A DNA stretch of 59,636 nt, counting the filler, from an uncultured bacterium (GTDB lineage Bacteria; DAOPZR01): assembly GCA_964637655.1 (NCBI GenBank). It is 5 parts of 5 records of this genome, joined end to end, with 100 filler letters (N's around TTAATTAATTAA, not from the genome) between each part and the next. Parts side by side here need not be neighbours in the genome. Positions count along the whole stretch, not along the records: positions 1 to 12,055 come from CAZWUZ010000101.1; 4 more parts are not named here. The stretch is one strand, 5' to 3'. Below, one piece after another: positions 1 through 8,931 of the stretch. The notes under the pieces were generated by a model. The model did no database searches. It was given only the letters and a program-made list of their open reading frames with translations, and was not told the origin of the DNA. A program made the position numbers and the translations under genes. Every line of letters begins with the position of its first letter. Position 1 is the first letter of the stretch.

Positions 1-274
1 TCCACCGTAACCGTGATAACCGCCAGTCGCCCCTTTTCCTTCCCCATCATCACGCGCGGCGGGGCAAAGCCGAGACACACATAGTTCGCCCACGCCTCGC
101 CCTGTGCGCGCGTTCCCCACCCGTGCTGCACCGCGGGGTGCACGCCCGCCGCCTGCCGCGCGCGCCGCGACAGAATACCATGCTGCATAAGCGAACCGAG
201 ATTTTCCAGCGGAGAATAATGATACAGGCAGTCGATGCCCCGCCGCCGCAATTCAGCTGACAGCGGTGCGGTAG

Positions 275-988
275 TCACTTTTTCAGGTCGAGCGTCTCGC
301 CCAGCATCTCATCCTTCGTGCGGATGGTCGCGATATTCACCGCGAAGGCCTTTTCATTGACGATCATGTCGGTCATCTCTTTCGCCAGGTCAACTCCCGA
401 CATCTCGAGAAATCCCGCTGCCAGCGTGCCGCGCCCCTGCAGTCCCGCGCGTCCCGACTGCGCATTGCCGCTGTTGGCCGTCGCCCGGAAACGCGTGTCA
501 CCCGCCGCTTCCAGTCCCTGCGGGTTGGCAAAGCGCGCCACCGCGATAACCCCCGCTGCGCGCGTCACGGCACCTTCCGTCACGCTGACCGTCCCGTCAG
601 CTGCGATACTTGCCACGCCCTGCCCGACCCGGATATCCCCCTGCAGTCCCTGCACGCGCCGCCCGTCAGCCGACACCAGCATGCCCTCGCTGTCGACGCG
701 GAAACTTCCCTGCCGGGTGAACGAGACCCCCTCCTCGCCGCGCAACATAAAGAATCCGTCACCCTGCACCGCGACATCGAGGGGTTGACCGGTTGACTGC
801 AGCGATGCCTGCCCGAACGAGCGCCCGACCGCGCTGATGTCGACACCGCCCCCCGCGCGCTCCGCCTGCGTCGCCGCCGCGGGCGCAAAGCCCGGAGTAT
901 TCACATTGGCAAGGTTATTGGCCGTGACATCCTGGCGCAGTTGCTGCGCCTGCAACCCCGAAAGCCCGATGTTCAATCCGTTATCCAT
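275..988 (-). CDS. Flagellar basal-body rod/hook protein (FlgE/FlgF/FlgG family)
   Basis: N-terminal SGLxAQ..DVTANNLANVNTPGF, central TGQPLDVAVQGDGFF..TRQGSFRVD, C-terminal LEMSGVDLAKEMTDMI..DEML. SD GGAGGT upstream. Confidence 0.9.
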   Translation of the reverse strand: MDNGLNIGLSGLQAQQLRQDVTANNLANVNTPGFAPAAATQAERAGGGVDISAVGRSFGQASLQSTGQPLDVAVQGDGFFMLRGEEGVSFTRQGSFRVDSEGMLVSADGRRVQGLQGDIRVGQGVASIAADGTVSVTEGAVTRAAGVIAVARFANPQGLEAAGDTRFRATANSGNAQSGRAGLQGRGTLAAGFLEMSGVDLAKEMTDMIVNEKAFAVNIATIRTKDEMLGETLDLKK

Positions 989-1042
989 CGTCCCACCTCC
1001 ATGTGTTCCCTTCTATTATACCACAATCCGGCGCGGGCGTGT

Positions 1043-2107
1043 TCAGTTTTTTCGCCCGCCGCCGCCGTCCGTCAGACGCCGCACCTCACGGCCGCCGCGC
1101 CGGAATTGCAGCAGCGTGCGCCAGAGCGACAACTGTTTGAGCCGCGCCTGCGCTTCGAGCGACCGTCCCCGGTGCTTGCGGATGCGTTCCCATAAGGCCC
1201 GTGCCTTGCCGCGTTCCCCCACCTCCTCGTACAGATCAGCCAGCGCCTTCTGGATGGTGAAGCATTCCTGCCGCTCCTCGCGCGGGCGTGACCAGGCGAT
1301 ATGCAGTGCCTGCTCGTACTTCCGCGCCGCGCGGCGCAGCAGGCGGTCGCTCGCCGTGTACGCCTCCCACCCCTGTTCCTTTGCCTGCCAGTAGAGCGCC
1401 TCGCAGCACAGGCCGCAGCGATACAGAAATATGATATTGTGCGGAATGCTCTCGACGAGGTGGTCGAAACAGCGCAGCGCCATGCGGAACTCACGCCGCG
1501 AGAAATGGAAGAACCCCTCCATGTTCGCGAAGAACCACGGGGTTTCCGTCGCCCCCTCCAGCCCCCGCCGCGCGTAGATGTCCTCCATCACCGCCAGCTG
1601 CTCGTCGGACATCGCCCCGGCCATCATCATCTCGAGGATGTCCCAGTCGGGATGGTCGAGAATCGAGGTCTCCCCCTCGAACCAGTCGTCATCGAAATAG
1701 GCGTCGAAACGCTGCGCATCAGGCGCCGCCGCCGTGGTGAGCAGCGCGCGCACCCGCCCGCCGGCGCGATGGCGGGCTCCTTCCTGCCGCCGGAAGAAGC
1801 GCATGCCGAAGAACGAGCCGATGCTGAACACCCTGCCGCCAACCGCCACCTCGCTCGGCAGCGACGCGTAGAAGTCCTCGTTGAGGATGCGTATCTTCTG
1901 CGGGTCGCGCAGCGTCTCGTAGGCTTCCTGCAGGTCGTGGAAGACGCGCAGCGTCTGTTCGCTGTGCCCCACCTTGTCGGGATGGTACTGGCGCACGAGC
2001 GCGCGGTAGGCGCGCGCCACCTGCTCCGCCGACGCGTTGCTTTCCAGCTGCAGCAGCTCGTAGAGATAGCGCAGCCGCGGCGCCATGATGAATGTGCGGA
2101 AATCCAT
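1043..2107 (-). CDS. DnaJ-domain protein with C-terminal TPR-like helices
   Basis: J-domain LYELLQL..AYRALVRQYHPDK..LQEAYETLRDP with intact HPD; helical TPR-like C-terminus. Confidence 0.85.
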   Translation of the reverse strand: MDFRTFIMAPRLRYLYELLQLESNASAEQVARAYRALVRQYHPDKVGHSEQTLRVFHDLQEAYETLRDPQKIRILNEDFYASLPSEVAVGGRVFSIGSFFGMRFFRRQEGARHRAGGRVRALLTTAAAPDAQRFDAYFDDDWFEGETSILDHPDWDILEMMMAGAMSDEQLAVMEDIYARRGLEGATETPWFFANMEGFFHFSRREFRMALRCFDHLVESIPHNIIFLYRCGLCCEALYWQAKEQGWEAYTASDRLLRRAARKYEQALHIAWSRPREERQECFTIQKALADLYEEVGERGKARALWERIRKHRGRSLEAQARLKQLSLWRTLLQFRRGGREVRRLTDGGGGRKN

Positions 2108-2247
2108 GGGGGAATACTACGTGACCGTCAGCCGCAGCGCAATCCCCATGGCGACGCTGCTGCCTTCCCAGGAGGGGAAGCGCGGCGCCATGATGAACGT
2201 GCGGAAATCCATGGGGGAATACTACGTGACCGTCAGCTGCGGCGCAA
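2076..2247. repeat. 67-bp direct repeat (2076-2142 and 2181-2247) covering the promoter and 5' end of the DnaJ gene
   Basis: Copies are 105 bp apart with 3 mismatches. Confidence 0.95.
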
Positions 2248-2283
2248 CACCCTCACGGCGACGACACTGATCAGGCTCACGGC

Positions 2284-2427
2284 GTTCACCGCGGAGCACA
2301 AGGAGCACGCGGAGCGGTGGCGGTGTGCCTGGCGGTGCGCTGTTGTTCGGAAAATCAGGACATGCCTGCAGGGTCAACTGCATACGTTTCCGTTTTCTCT
2401 GCGTGCTCTGTGTGCTCGGCGGTGAAC
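2284..2427. repeat. REP/MITE-like inverted pair of a 31-bp GTTCACCGC(G/C)GAGCACA..GAGCACGC.GAG motif
   Basis: 2284-2314 and the reverse complement of 2397-2427 match 27/31. The same motif recurs at 51123-51385. Confidence 0.8.
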
Positions 2428-2491
2428 AATGCCGTGGCCTGCTGTCAGTTCAGTGTGGTCTCCCTGCCAACGGTCAGGGCAGGGCGTAGAC

Positions 2492-2525
2492 AGAAAAGCC
2501 CGGCCCGCAAACACGCGGGCCGGGC
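2492..2525 (-). terminator. Intrinsic terminator downstream of fusA
   Basis: 11-bp stem GCCCGGCCCGC/GCGGGCCGGGC followed by TTTTCT on the minus strand. Confidence 0.8.
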
Positions 2526-2545
2526 GGAAGTGCTGCCGGAAACTG

Positions 2546-4654
2546 CTACTCTTCGTCTTCGATCTTGCCCACCTTGCGCGTCTTGAGGATCTCCTCCTCG
2601 ACGGAGAAGGGCACCTGCGCATAGTGCGAGAGTTTCATCGAGTAGGTGGCGCGCCCCTGCGTCTGCGAGCGCAGGTTGGTGACATAGCCGAACATTTCCG
2701 CCAGCGGCACCTTGGCGGTGATCACGTTGTGGTCACCTTTCTGCTGAATCTCGTTCACCTGCCCGCGTTTTGAGCAGAGGTAGCCGGTCACGTCGCCCAC
2801 GTATTCCTTGGGCGTCGTCACGTCGACTTCCATCATCGGCTCGAGCAGGCAGGGATGCGCGTGCAGGATGCCCTGCTTCATCGCCATGCGCCCGGCGATC
2901 TGGAAGGCCATCGCCGACGAGTCGACCTCGTGGAACGACCCGTAGAAGAGCGTGACCCGCATGTCAACCACCGGATACTGTGCGTATGGTCCCTTGGTCA
3001 TGACTTCGATGACCCCGCGCTCCACTGACGGGATGAACTCGCGCGGGATGACGCCCTGGGTGATGCCGTTGACGAATTCAAAACCGCCGCCGGGGCCAGT
3101 CGGCTCCAGTTTGAGGCAGACGTGCGCGTACTGCCCGTGTCCGCCCGACTGCTTGACGTGGCGGTACTCGACCTCGCGTTCGCGGGTGATCGCCTCGCGA
3201 TACGCCACCTGCGGCGCCCCGACGATCGCCTCCACCCCGTACTCGACCTTGAGCCGGTCGATGATGATCTCGAGGTGCAGTTCGCCCATCCCCGCAAGGA
3301 TGAGTTCCTTGGTCTCCTGGTCGCGCTGCAGCATGACGGTCGGATCCTCGTCGACAAGGGCCATCAGGGCATTGGCGAACTTGTCGCGCTCCGCCGAACT
3401 CTTCGGCGCCACCGCGATGTTGATCACCGGCACCGGGAACTCGATTGCTTCGAGGCGGATGGGCGCATCCTGGTCACACAGCGTGTCGCCCGTGCGCACG
3501 GTGGCGCCGACCACCGCCACGATGTCGCCGGCAAACGCCGCCTTGATGCCGATGCGCTTGTCCGCCTGCATCTGCAGCAGGCGTCCGATGCGCTCGCGCT
3601 TGCCCGTGGTGACGTTGAGCACTTCCCCCCCCTGCTCAATCGTGCCCGAGTAGACGCGCATGTAGCTGAGTTTGCCGAGGTGACGGTCGGCGGAGATCTT
3701 GAAGACCAACCCCGCGAATTTTTCCCGGTCATCCGCCTTACGCGTCAGTTTTATTTCCTTGTCGTCGGGATCTTCCCCTTCCGCCGGCTTGATGTCCGCC
3801 GGTGAAGGGAGCAGCGCCACCACCGCGTCGAGCAGCGACTGCACGCCCTTGTTCTTCAGCGCCGTGCCGCACATCACGGGAATGATTTTGTTGGCGATGC
3901 AGGCCACCCGCAGCGCGCGGTCGAGTTCCTCCTCCTCGATCCACACGCCCCCCATGTACTTCTCCAGCAGCGAATCGTCGACCTCGACGATTTTCTCGAA
4001 AAGGTGCTTGCGCCACTTTTTGACGTCCTCGACCATGTCGTCGGGGATGGGAATTTCCTCGTAGTCCTTCCCCTGCGTGCTGTCATCCCAGATGAACGCC
4101 TTGTTCTTGCGCAGGTCGACCACGCCGCGGAACTTTTCCTCCTGCCCGATGGGGAGCTGCAGCGGCACGGCATTGGCGCCGAGACGTTCCTGGATGCTCT
4201 CCACCACCCCGAGAAAGTCGGCGCCGATGCGGTCCATCTTGTTGATGAAGGCGAGACGCGGCACCTGGTAGTCGTTCGACTGCCGCCACACCGTCTCGCT
4301 CTGCGGCTGCACACCGACCACGGCGCAGAACACCACCACCGCGGCATCGAGCACGCGCAGCGAGCGTTCCACCTCGACGGTGAAATCGACGTGCCCGGGC
4401 GTGTCGATGAGGTTGAGGCGGTAGTCCTTCCAGAAGCAGGTGGTGGCGGCGGACATGATGGTGATGCCGCGCTCGCGCTCCTGCTTGAGGAAGTCCATGG
4501 TTGCTTCCCCGTCATGCACCTCGCCCATCTTGTGCGTCAGTCCCGTATAGAAGAGGATGCGCTCGCTGACCGTGGTCTTGCCCGCGTCGATATGCGCGAT
4601 AATGCCGAGGTTGCGCACCTTGTCGAGCGGAAATTCGCGTTTCGTCTCTGCCAT
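2546..4654 (-). CDS. fusA: Elongation factor G (stand-alone copy)
   Basis: [52 protein letters not shown]; 702 aa. Confidence 0.97.
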   Translation of the reverse strand: MAETKREFPLDKVRNLGIIAHIDAGKTTVSERILFYTGLTHKMGEVHDGEATMDFLKQERERGITIMSAATTCFWKDYRLNLIDTPGHVDFTVEVERSLRVLDAAVVVFCAVVGVQPQSETVWRQSNDYQVPRLAFINKMDRIGADFLGVVESIQERLGANAVPLQLPIGQEEKFRGVVDLRKNKAFIWDDSTQGKDYEEIPIPDDMVEDVKKWRKHLFEKIVEVDDSLLEKYMGGVWIEEEELDRALRVACIANKIIPVMCGTALKNKGVQSLLDAVVALLPSPADIKPAEGEDPDDKEIKLTRKADDREKFAGLVFKISADRHLGKLSYMRVYSGTIEQGGEVLNVTTGKRERIGRLLQMQADKRIGIKAAFAGDIVAVVGATVRTGDTLCDQDAPIRLEAIEFPVPVINIAVAPKSSAERDKFANALMALVDEDPTVMLQRDQETKELILAGMGELHLEIIIDRLKVEYGVEAIVGAPQVAYREAITREREVEYRHVKQSGGHGQYAHVCLKLEPTGPGGGFEFVNGITQGVIPREFIPSVERGVIEVMTKGPYAQYPVVDMRVTLFYGSFHEVDSSAMAFQIAGRMAMKQGILHAHPCLLEPMMEVDVTTPKEYVGDVTGYLCSKRGQVNEIQQKGDHNVITAKVPLAEMFGYVTNLRSQTQGRATYSMKLSHYAQVPFSVEEEILKTRKVGKIEDEE

Positions 4655-4687
4655 GACTTCTTCTCCTTCGTCGTCCCCGTACGGGAC

Positions 4688-4722
4688 AGAAACAAACTAC
4701 CCCGACCTGCAGGTCGGGGTAG
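4688..4722 (-). terminator. Perfect 26-bp palindrome, probable intrinsic terminator between the PPIase gene and fusA
   Basis: CTACCCCGACCTG-CAGGTCGGGGTAG (4697-4722), followed by TTTGTTTCT on the minus strand. Confidence 0.65.
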
Positions 4723-4754
4723 CGGTTATGCTGCGGTTATGTACAGCGTGTTGC

Positions 4755-5762
4755 CTACTGCTGCACCGGGGCCGCGGGCGGTGCCGCTGCCGGAGTCGCC
4801 GGAACTGCAGGCGCGACGGGCGCAGCCGGAGCAGTTGCCGGTGCAGCCGGCGACATAGCCGGAACCGCCGGGGTTGCCGCCGGGGCCACACCCAGTTCGG
4901 CGTACAGCGAGGTTTCGAACACCGGCTGCTGCTGCGTCCGCAATCCGTCGGTAAACGTGCCAAAGGCCGCGTCGAACTGCCGGCTGCGCAGGATGGTGGC
5001 GATTTCCGCGCGCACCTCGTCGAGTGTGAACGTCTTGGCCGCGATGGTGTTGCGGCGGTGGAAGATCAGGAAGGCGTTGCCCGCCGGAATGACCTGACTG
5101 AACTGCCCGTCGCGCAGCGGCAGGATGTGCTGCTTGAAAAAATCGTCATTCCGCACTTTGTCCAGCGGGATGATCGGCGGCAGCTGGCGTTCGCCCAGTT
5201 CTTCGAGCCCGAACTGCCGCACGGCCTGCGCGATGGACCCGCCGCCGACCAGCACCGCCCGCGCCTGTTCCGCGGTTGCCTTGTCCGGTGCCGCCCAGGC
5301 GCTCATTTCCAGCAGGTCGCCATGACTGAATTCATCGTGTTTTTCCGCGTAGAACTGCGCAATTTCCGTATCACTCACCGGGATGTTCTGCTCGGCCCAG
5401 TAGCGCTTGTAGCGCGAGAAGAGCACCCCGTTTTCCGCCTGGCGCAACTGGAACTGATGCTCCGTGTCGGTATGCAGGTTCGCGGTGCGCGCCAGCGCCA
5501 CCACCTGTCGGGCCAGCAACGCATTGTTCAGGTACTCCTGCAGGCTTTCCGGCGACTTGAGAATCTCCTCACGTACCGCCTTGTCCTTATGCTCAAGTTC
5601 AGCGCGGATTTCCGCCAGCGTCACCTTGACCTCGCCCGCACTCGCCAGCACCGGGGAATCATCGGCAACCACGGCAGTTTCCGGACCCTTCGGGCACCCC
5701 GCCACCATCGCCAATGCCGCCACCAGCGCGGCACCAGCCAGCACCACCAGCAGATTTTTCAT
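4755..5762 (-). CDS. PrsA/SurA/PpiC-type peptidyl-prolyl isomerase-like lipoprotein
   Basis: Signal peptide with lipobox VAGC, PVSDTEIAQFYAEKHDEF, LRDGQFSQVI, TLDEVRAEI; Ala/Pro-rich tail. Start re-placed at MKNLL after a purine-rich SD. Confidence 0.75.
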   Translation of the reverse strand: MKNLLVVLAGAALVAALAMVAGCPKGPETAVVADDSPVLASAGEVKVTLAEIRAELEHKDKAVREEILKSPESLQEYLNNALLARQVVALARTANLHTDTEHQFQLRQAENGVLFSRYKRYWAEQNIPVSDTEIAQFYAEKHDEFSHGDLLEMSAWAAPDKATAEQARAVLVGGGSIAQAVRQFGLEELGERQLPPIIPLDKVRNDDFFKQHILPLRDGQFSQVIPAGNAFLIFHRRNTIAAKTFTLDEVRAEIATILRSRQFDAAFGTFTDGLRTQQQPVFETSLYAELGVAPAATPAVPAMSPAAPATAPAAPVAPAVPATPAAAPPAAPVQQ

Positions 5763-5814
5763 GAGAATTTCCTTTCCCGGACGCACACCTGCGCCACTGC
5801 CTGAAAACCGGCGG

Positions 5815-5879
5815 AGCATAGCAGATTGCCCGTCTGCTGTCAACCGGCAATTGACGCGCCGCACGGTTTCTGCTATGCT
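5815..5879. promoter_or_regulatory. Symmetric back-to-back sigma70 promoters
   Basis: Plus strand: TTGACG(5851)-N17-TATGCT(5874). Minus strand: TTGACA(5843)-N17-TATGCT(5820). Both have a TG extension. Confidence 0.75.
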
Positions 5880-5919
5880 GCGCGGCGTTGCCTACAACTA
5901 CTATGCGAGGAGGAAGACA

Positions 5920-6165
5920 ATGTCAGACGTTCCGGGTGCAGACAAGAAGATGGTGGCAGGCATCCTCGGTATCCTGCTGGGCGGGTTCGGTATTCACAAG
6001 TTTTATCTCGGTTACAGCAAAGAGGGCATTATCCAGATCGTGCTCACCTTCGTCACCTGCGGTGCCGCCGGCCTGGTCGGGCTCATCGAAGGGATCATCT
6101 ACCTGATGAAGACCGACGAGGAGTTCGTCGCGACCTACATCACCGGCCGCAAGGGCTGGTTCTAA
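5920..6165 (+). CDS. TM2 domain-containing membrane protein
   Basis: KKMVAGILGILLGGFGIHKFYLGY..GLIEGIIYL..DEEF; SD GAGGAGG. Confidence 0.92.
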   Translation: MSDVPGADKKMVAGILGILLGGFGIHKFYLGYSKEGIIQIVLTFVTCGAAGLVGLIEGIIYLMKTDEEFVATYITGRKGWF

Positions 6166-6177
6166 GCCGCATTTCCG

Positions 6178-6215
6178 CCCGCCCCGCGCACAAGCGCGGG
6201 GCGGGTTTCGTGTTT
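6178..6215 (+). terminator. Intrinsic terminator after the TM2 gene
   Basis: 12-bp stem CCCGCCCCGCGC/GCGCGGGGCGGG followed by TTTCGTGTTT. Confidence 0.75.
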
Positions 6216-6235
6216 CAATCTCCCAGGAGGCAGTC

Positions 6236-6607
6236 ATGGAAAGCGCACCGGCACAGCAGCAGGACGCCAAAGTCATCGAGGAAGGGAAGGTCATCGCCGC
6301 CCTGTCGTGGTGGTTCATTCTCGGCCCGATTTTTCTCTTCACTCACAAGGACAACCGCTTTGTCCGCCATTACGCCGCGCAGGGGACCGTGCTGCTCGCC
6401 TGCGCACTGGCGCTCGGCCTGCTTTCCTGCGTGCTTTCGATGATTCTCTCCTTCATCCCGTTCGTCGGCTGGATCATCTCGCTGGCGCTGCCGCTGCTCG
6501 GGCTGCTGCCGCTGGCTGTCGCCATCATGGGGACGCTCAAGGCGGTGAACGGCGAATGGTGGTCATGCCCGGTCATCGGCGACTGGGCGAAAAAGCTTCC
6601 CGTCTGA
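6236..6607 (+). CDS. DUF4870-like membrane protein
   Basis: GKVIAALSW..KDNRFVRHYAAQG..IPFVGW..KAVNGEWWSCPVIG pattern; SD AGGAGG. Confidence 0.8.
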   Translation: MESAPAQQQDAKVIEEGKVIAALSWWFILGPIFLFTHKDNRFVRHYAAQGTVLLACALALGLLSCVLSMILSFIPFVGWIISLALPLLGLLPLAVAIMGTLKAVNGEWWSCPVIGDWAKKLPV

Positions 6608-6618
6608 CCCCGTAGCCC

Positions 6619-7272
6619 ATGGATCTGCTGCACTGGCTGGGGGGGACTGTCTGCCATCAGGCGGCGGTTCGCTCGCTCGGTGACGGCATGCTCTGCACCG
6701 CACTCTGCTCACGCTGTACCGGGGTCTATAGCGGCATCCTGCTGGTTCTGCTCTGGCATACGCTGACCGTGCGTGCTTTGCCGCGCCGCCTGCCGCCACC
6801 CGCCGTGCTTCTGCTTGTCGCGCTGGCTGCCATTGCGGTCATCAGCGATGTCATCCTTACCACACTGGCACTGGCCCCTGCCATCCCGTGGGTGCGCGTG
6901 CTCACCGGCACACTGAGCGGCAGCGCGCTCGCACTCGTCTGTCTTCCCGTTTTTTCCGCGCAACTGCTCCCCCCGCGCGACGTTCCCCGCCTCACCCTGC
7001 GCGCGGCGCTCGGCATCTTCGCTGCCGGCGCGCTGCTCACGGTGCTGCTGCTATGGGTCACCCGCTTTCCGGCCGGCATCGTTGCCGTGTCCGGCATCAC
7101 AGTTGCCGCCATGCTGGCCACGCTTGCCTTTATCATTGCCGCGCTGGTGCAGGCCGTCGGTACCGCCCTCAGTCCGCGCTTTCCGCTGCGCGCCGCGCTG
7201 CTGCTCACCCCGCTGCTGCTGCTGGCGCTGATGCTGGCCATGCACGCGCTGGTTGACGCGCGCGCCGGATAA
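6619..7272 (+). CDS. DUF2085-like membrane protein
   Basis: GGTVCHQ..RS..LCSRCTGVYSG followed by several TM helices. Confidence 0.8.
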   Translation: MDLLHWLGGTVCHQAAVRSLGDGMLCTALCSRCTGVYSGILLVLLWHTLTVRALPRRLPPPAVLLLVALAAIAVISDVILTTLALAPAIPWVRVLTGTLSGSALALVCLPVFSAQLLPPRDVPRLTLRAALGIFAAGALLTVLLLWVTRFPAGIVAVSGITVAAMLATLAFIIAALVQAVGTALSPRFPLRAALLLTPLLLLALMLAMHALVDARAG

Positions 7273-7307
7273 GGTACACTCCCCGCATCACCTGCAGGAG
7301 GCAGACC

Positions 7308-7616
7308 ATGGTTGTCGCCGGTATCACCATCTTTGTCAAACCCGAATGCATCGACGCGTTTCTTGCCGCCACGCTGGACAATCACCGGCATACCCGGCAG
7401 GAACCGGGCAACCGCCGTTTCGATGTGCTGCGCCGCGCGGATGACCCCTGCAGTTTTTTCCTCTACGAGGTGTTTGTCGACCAGGCGGCAGTCGAGGCGC
7501 ACAAGCAGACCGCGCATTACCACCGCTGGCGCGAAGCCGTGACTGACATGATGGCGCAGCCGCGTGTCGGTATCGCCTACACCCCGCTCGCGCCGGTCGA
7601 CCCGCAGGCATGGTAG
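7308..7616 (+). CDS. Antibiotic biosynthesis monooxygenase family protein (LsrG-like)
   Basis: RQEPGNRRFDVL..FFLYEVF..HKQTAHYHRWR. Confidence 0.9.
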   Translation: MVVAGITIFVKPECIDAFLAATLDNHRHTRQEPGNRRFDVLRRADDPCSFFLYEVFVDQAAVEAHKQTAHYHRWREAVTDMMAQPRVGIAYTPLAPVDPQAW

Positions 7617-8776
7617 CCCCCGTTTTTTCCTTCGCGCGCACGCCCGAACTGCTTTTTGGCGCCGGATTGCGGGAGGCGATTCCCGGATTGGCAACACGCT
7701 ACGGCAGGAATATCCTGCTGGTGACCGGTCGTTCATTCATCGACACCGCGCACGGTCAGGAACTGCTTGCCGCGCTGGCGGAGATCGGCATCGCCGTGCG
7801 CTGCCTGAAGATCCACGGGGAACCGTCACCTGACCTCATCGCGACGGTGGTCCGCGGGCAGCGGCAGGCGGGTATTACGGCCGTGCTCGCCATCGGGGGC
7901 GGCAGCGTACTCGACGCCGGCAAGGCCATTGCCGCCATGCTCACGGTGGAGAGCAGCATCCTCGACCATCTCGAAGGGTTGCCCGGTTTCCGCCCGCACC
8001 CGGGGACCACGCTCCCGGTTATCGCCGTGCCGACCACCGCGGGCACCGGCAGCGAAGCGACGAAAAACGCCGTGCTGTCGCATGTCGGCGAGCAGGGGTT
8101 CAAACGCTCGCTGCGCCACGACAACTTTGTGCCTGCCGTCGCGGTCATCGACCCGGAACTGGCACTCTCCTGCCCGCCGGCCGTCACCGCCGCCTGCGGA
8201 CTTGACGCGCTGACGCAATTGCTCGAGGGACTGGTTTCCACCGGCGCCTCGCCACTGTCGGATGCGCTCGCCCTCTCGGGTATCGTCCGTTGCGCCGCCT
8301 ACCTGCTTCCCGCGGCGACTGACGCCGCTGACAGCAACGACGCGCGGGCAGGGATGGCCTATGCCGCGTATCTGTCGGGTCTCGTCCTCGCCAATGCCGG
8401 GCTGGGAATCATCCACGGGCTGGCAGGACCGCTCGGGGCGCGGTTTCCCGTACCGCACGGAGTCGCCTGCGGCGTACTGCTCCCTGTAGCAACCGAAATC
8501 ACCATCGCCGCGCTGCGTGCGCGCGACCCGCAGTCACCCGCGCTGGCCAAGTACGCACAGGCGGGCGGCATTCTCGCCGGCGGCAAACCACCTGATGCCG
8601 ACCTGCTGGTCAGCGAACTGCATCGCTACGCGGGCATTCTCACCCTGCCGCGACTCTCCACCTTCGGCATGACTGAGGAGCATATTCCGGCACTGGTGCG
8701 GCAGGCGGGGCAGAAAACCCACCCGGTGCAGTTGACCGGGGAAGAAATCGCCGGCATTCTCCGCCTCGCTCTGTGA
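7610..8776 (+). CDS. Iron-containing alcohol dehydrogenase
   Basis: IGGGSVLDAGK, PTTAGTGSEAT, DALTQLLE, GIIHGLAG..PHGVAC. Confidence 0.93.
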   Translation: MVAPVFSFARTPELLFGAGLREAIPGLATRYGRNILLVTGRSFIDTAHGQELLAALAEIGIAVRCLKIHGEPSPDLIATVVRGQRQAGITAVLAIGGGSVLDAGKAIAAMLTVESSILDHLEGLPGFRPHPGTTLPVIAVPTTAGTGSEATKNAVLSHVGEQGFKRSLRHDNFVPAVAVIDPELALSCPPAVTAACGLDALTQLLEGLVSTGASPLSDALALSGIVRCAAYLLPAATDAADSNDARAGMAYAAYLSGLVLANAGLGIIHGLAGPLGARFPVPHGVACGVLLPVATEITIAALRARDPQSPALAKYAQAGGILAGGKPPDADLLVSELHRYAGILTLPRLSTFGMTEEHIPALVRQAGQKTHPVQLTGEEIAGILRLAL

Positions 8777-8931
8777 GAGGGCAGCACAAATTCAGCTGGA
8801 TTTTCCCCGGCAGTATTCCAACAGGTTGCGTTCCGCCATTGTCCTGCAGCTGGCGCGCGCCGGCAGCCGTGCCTCTGTCCTAAACAGCCAACGCCAGGCT
8901 CCCGGGAAACGTCAGGTTTTTCCTGCCTCTT

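Noticed and set aside
1..50. Possible 5' end of a minus-strand gene (MMGKEKGRLAVITVTV)
   Set aside because: Too short to support or assign.
2117..2119. Amber read-through (pyrrolysine) extending the DnaJ protein
   Set aside because: The in-frame TAG is explained by the promoter duplication, and no pyl genes are in the window.
4694..4722. IS200/IS605 or IscB end hairpin (AACTACCCC-like start)
   Set aside because: No tnpA/tnpB/iscB or second end is present; position and U-tract fit a terminator.
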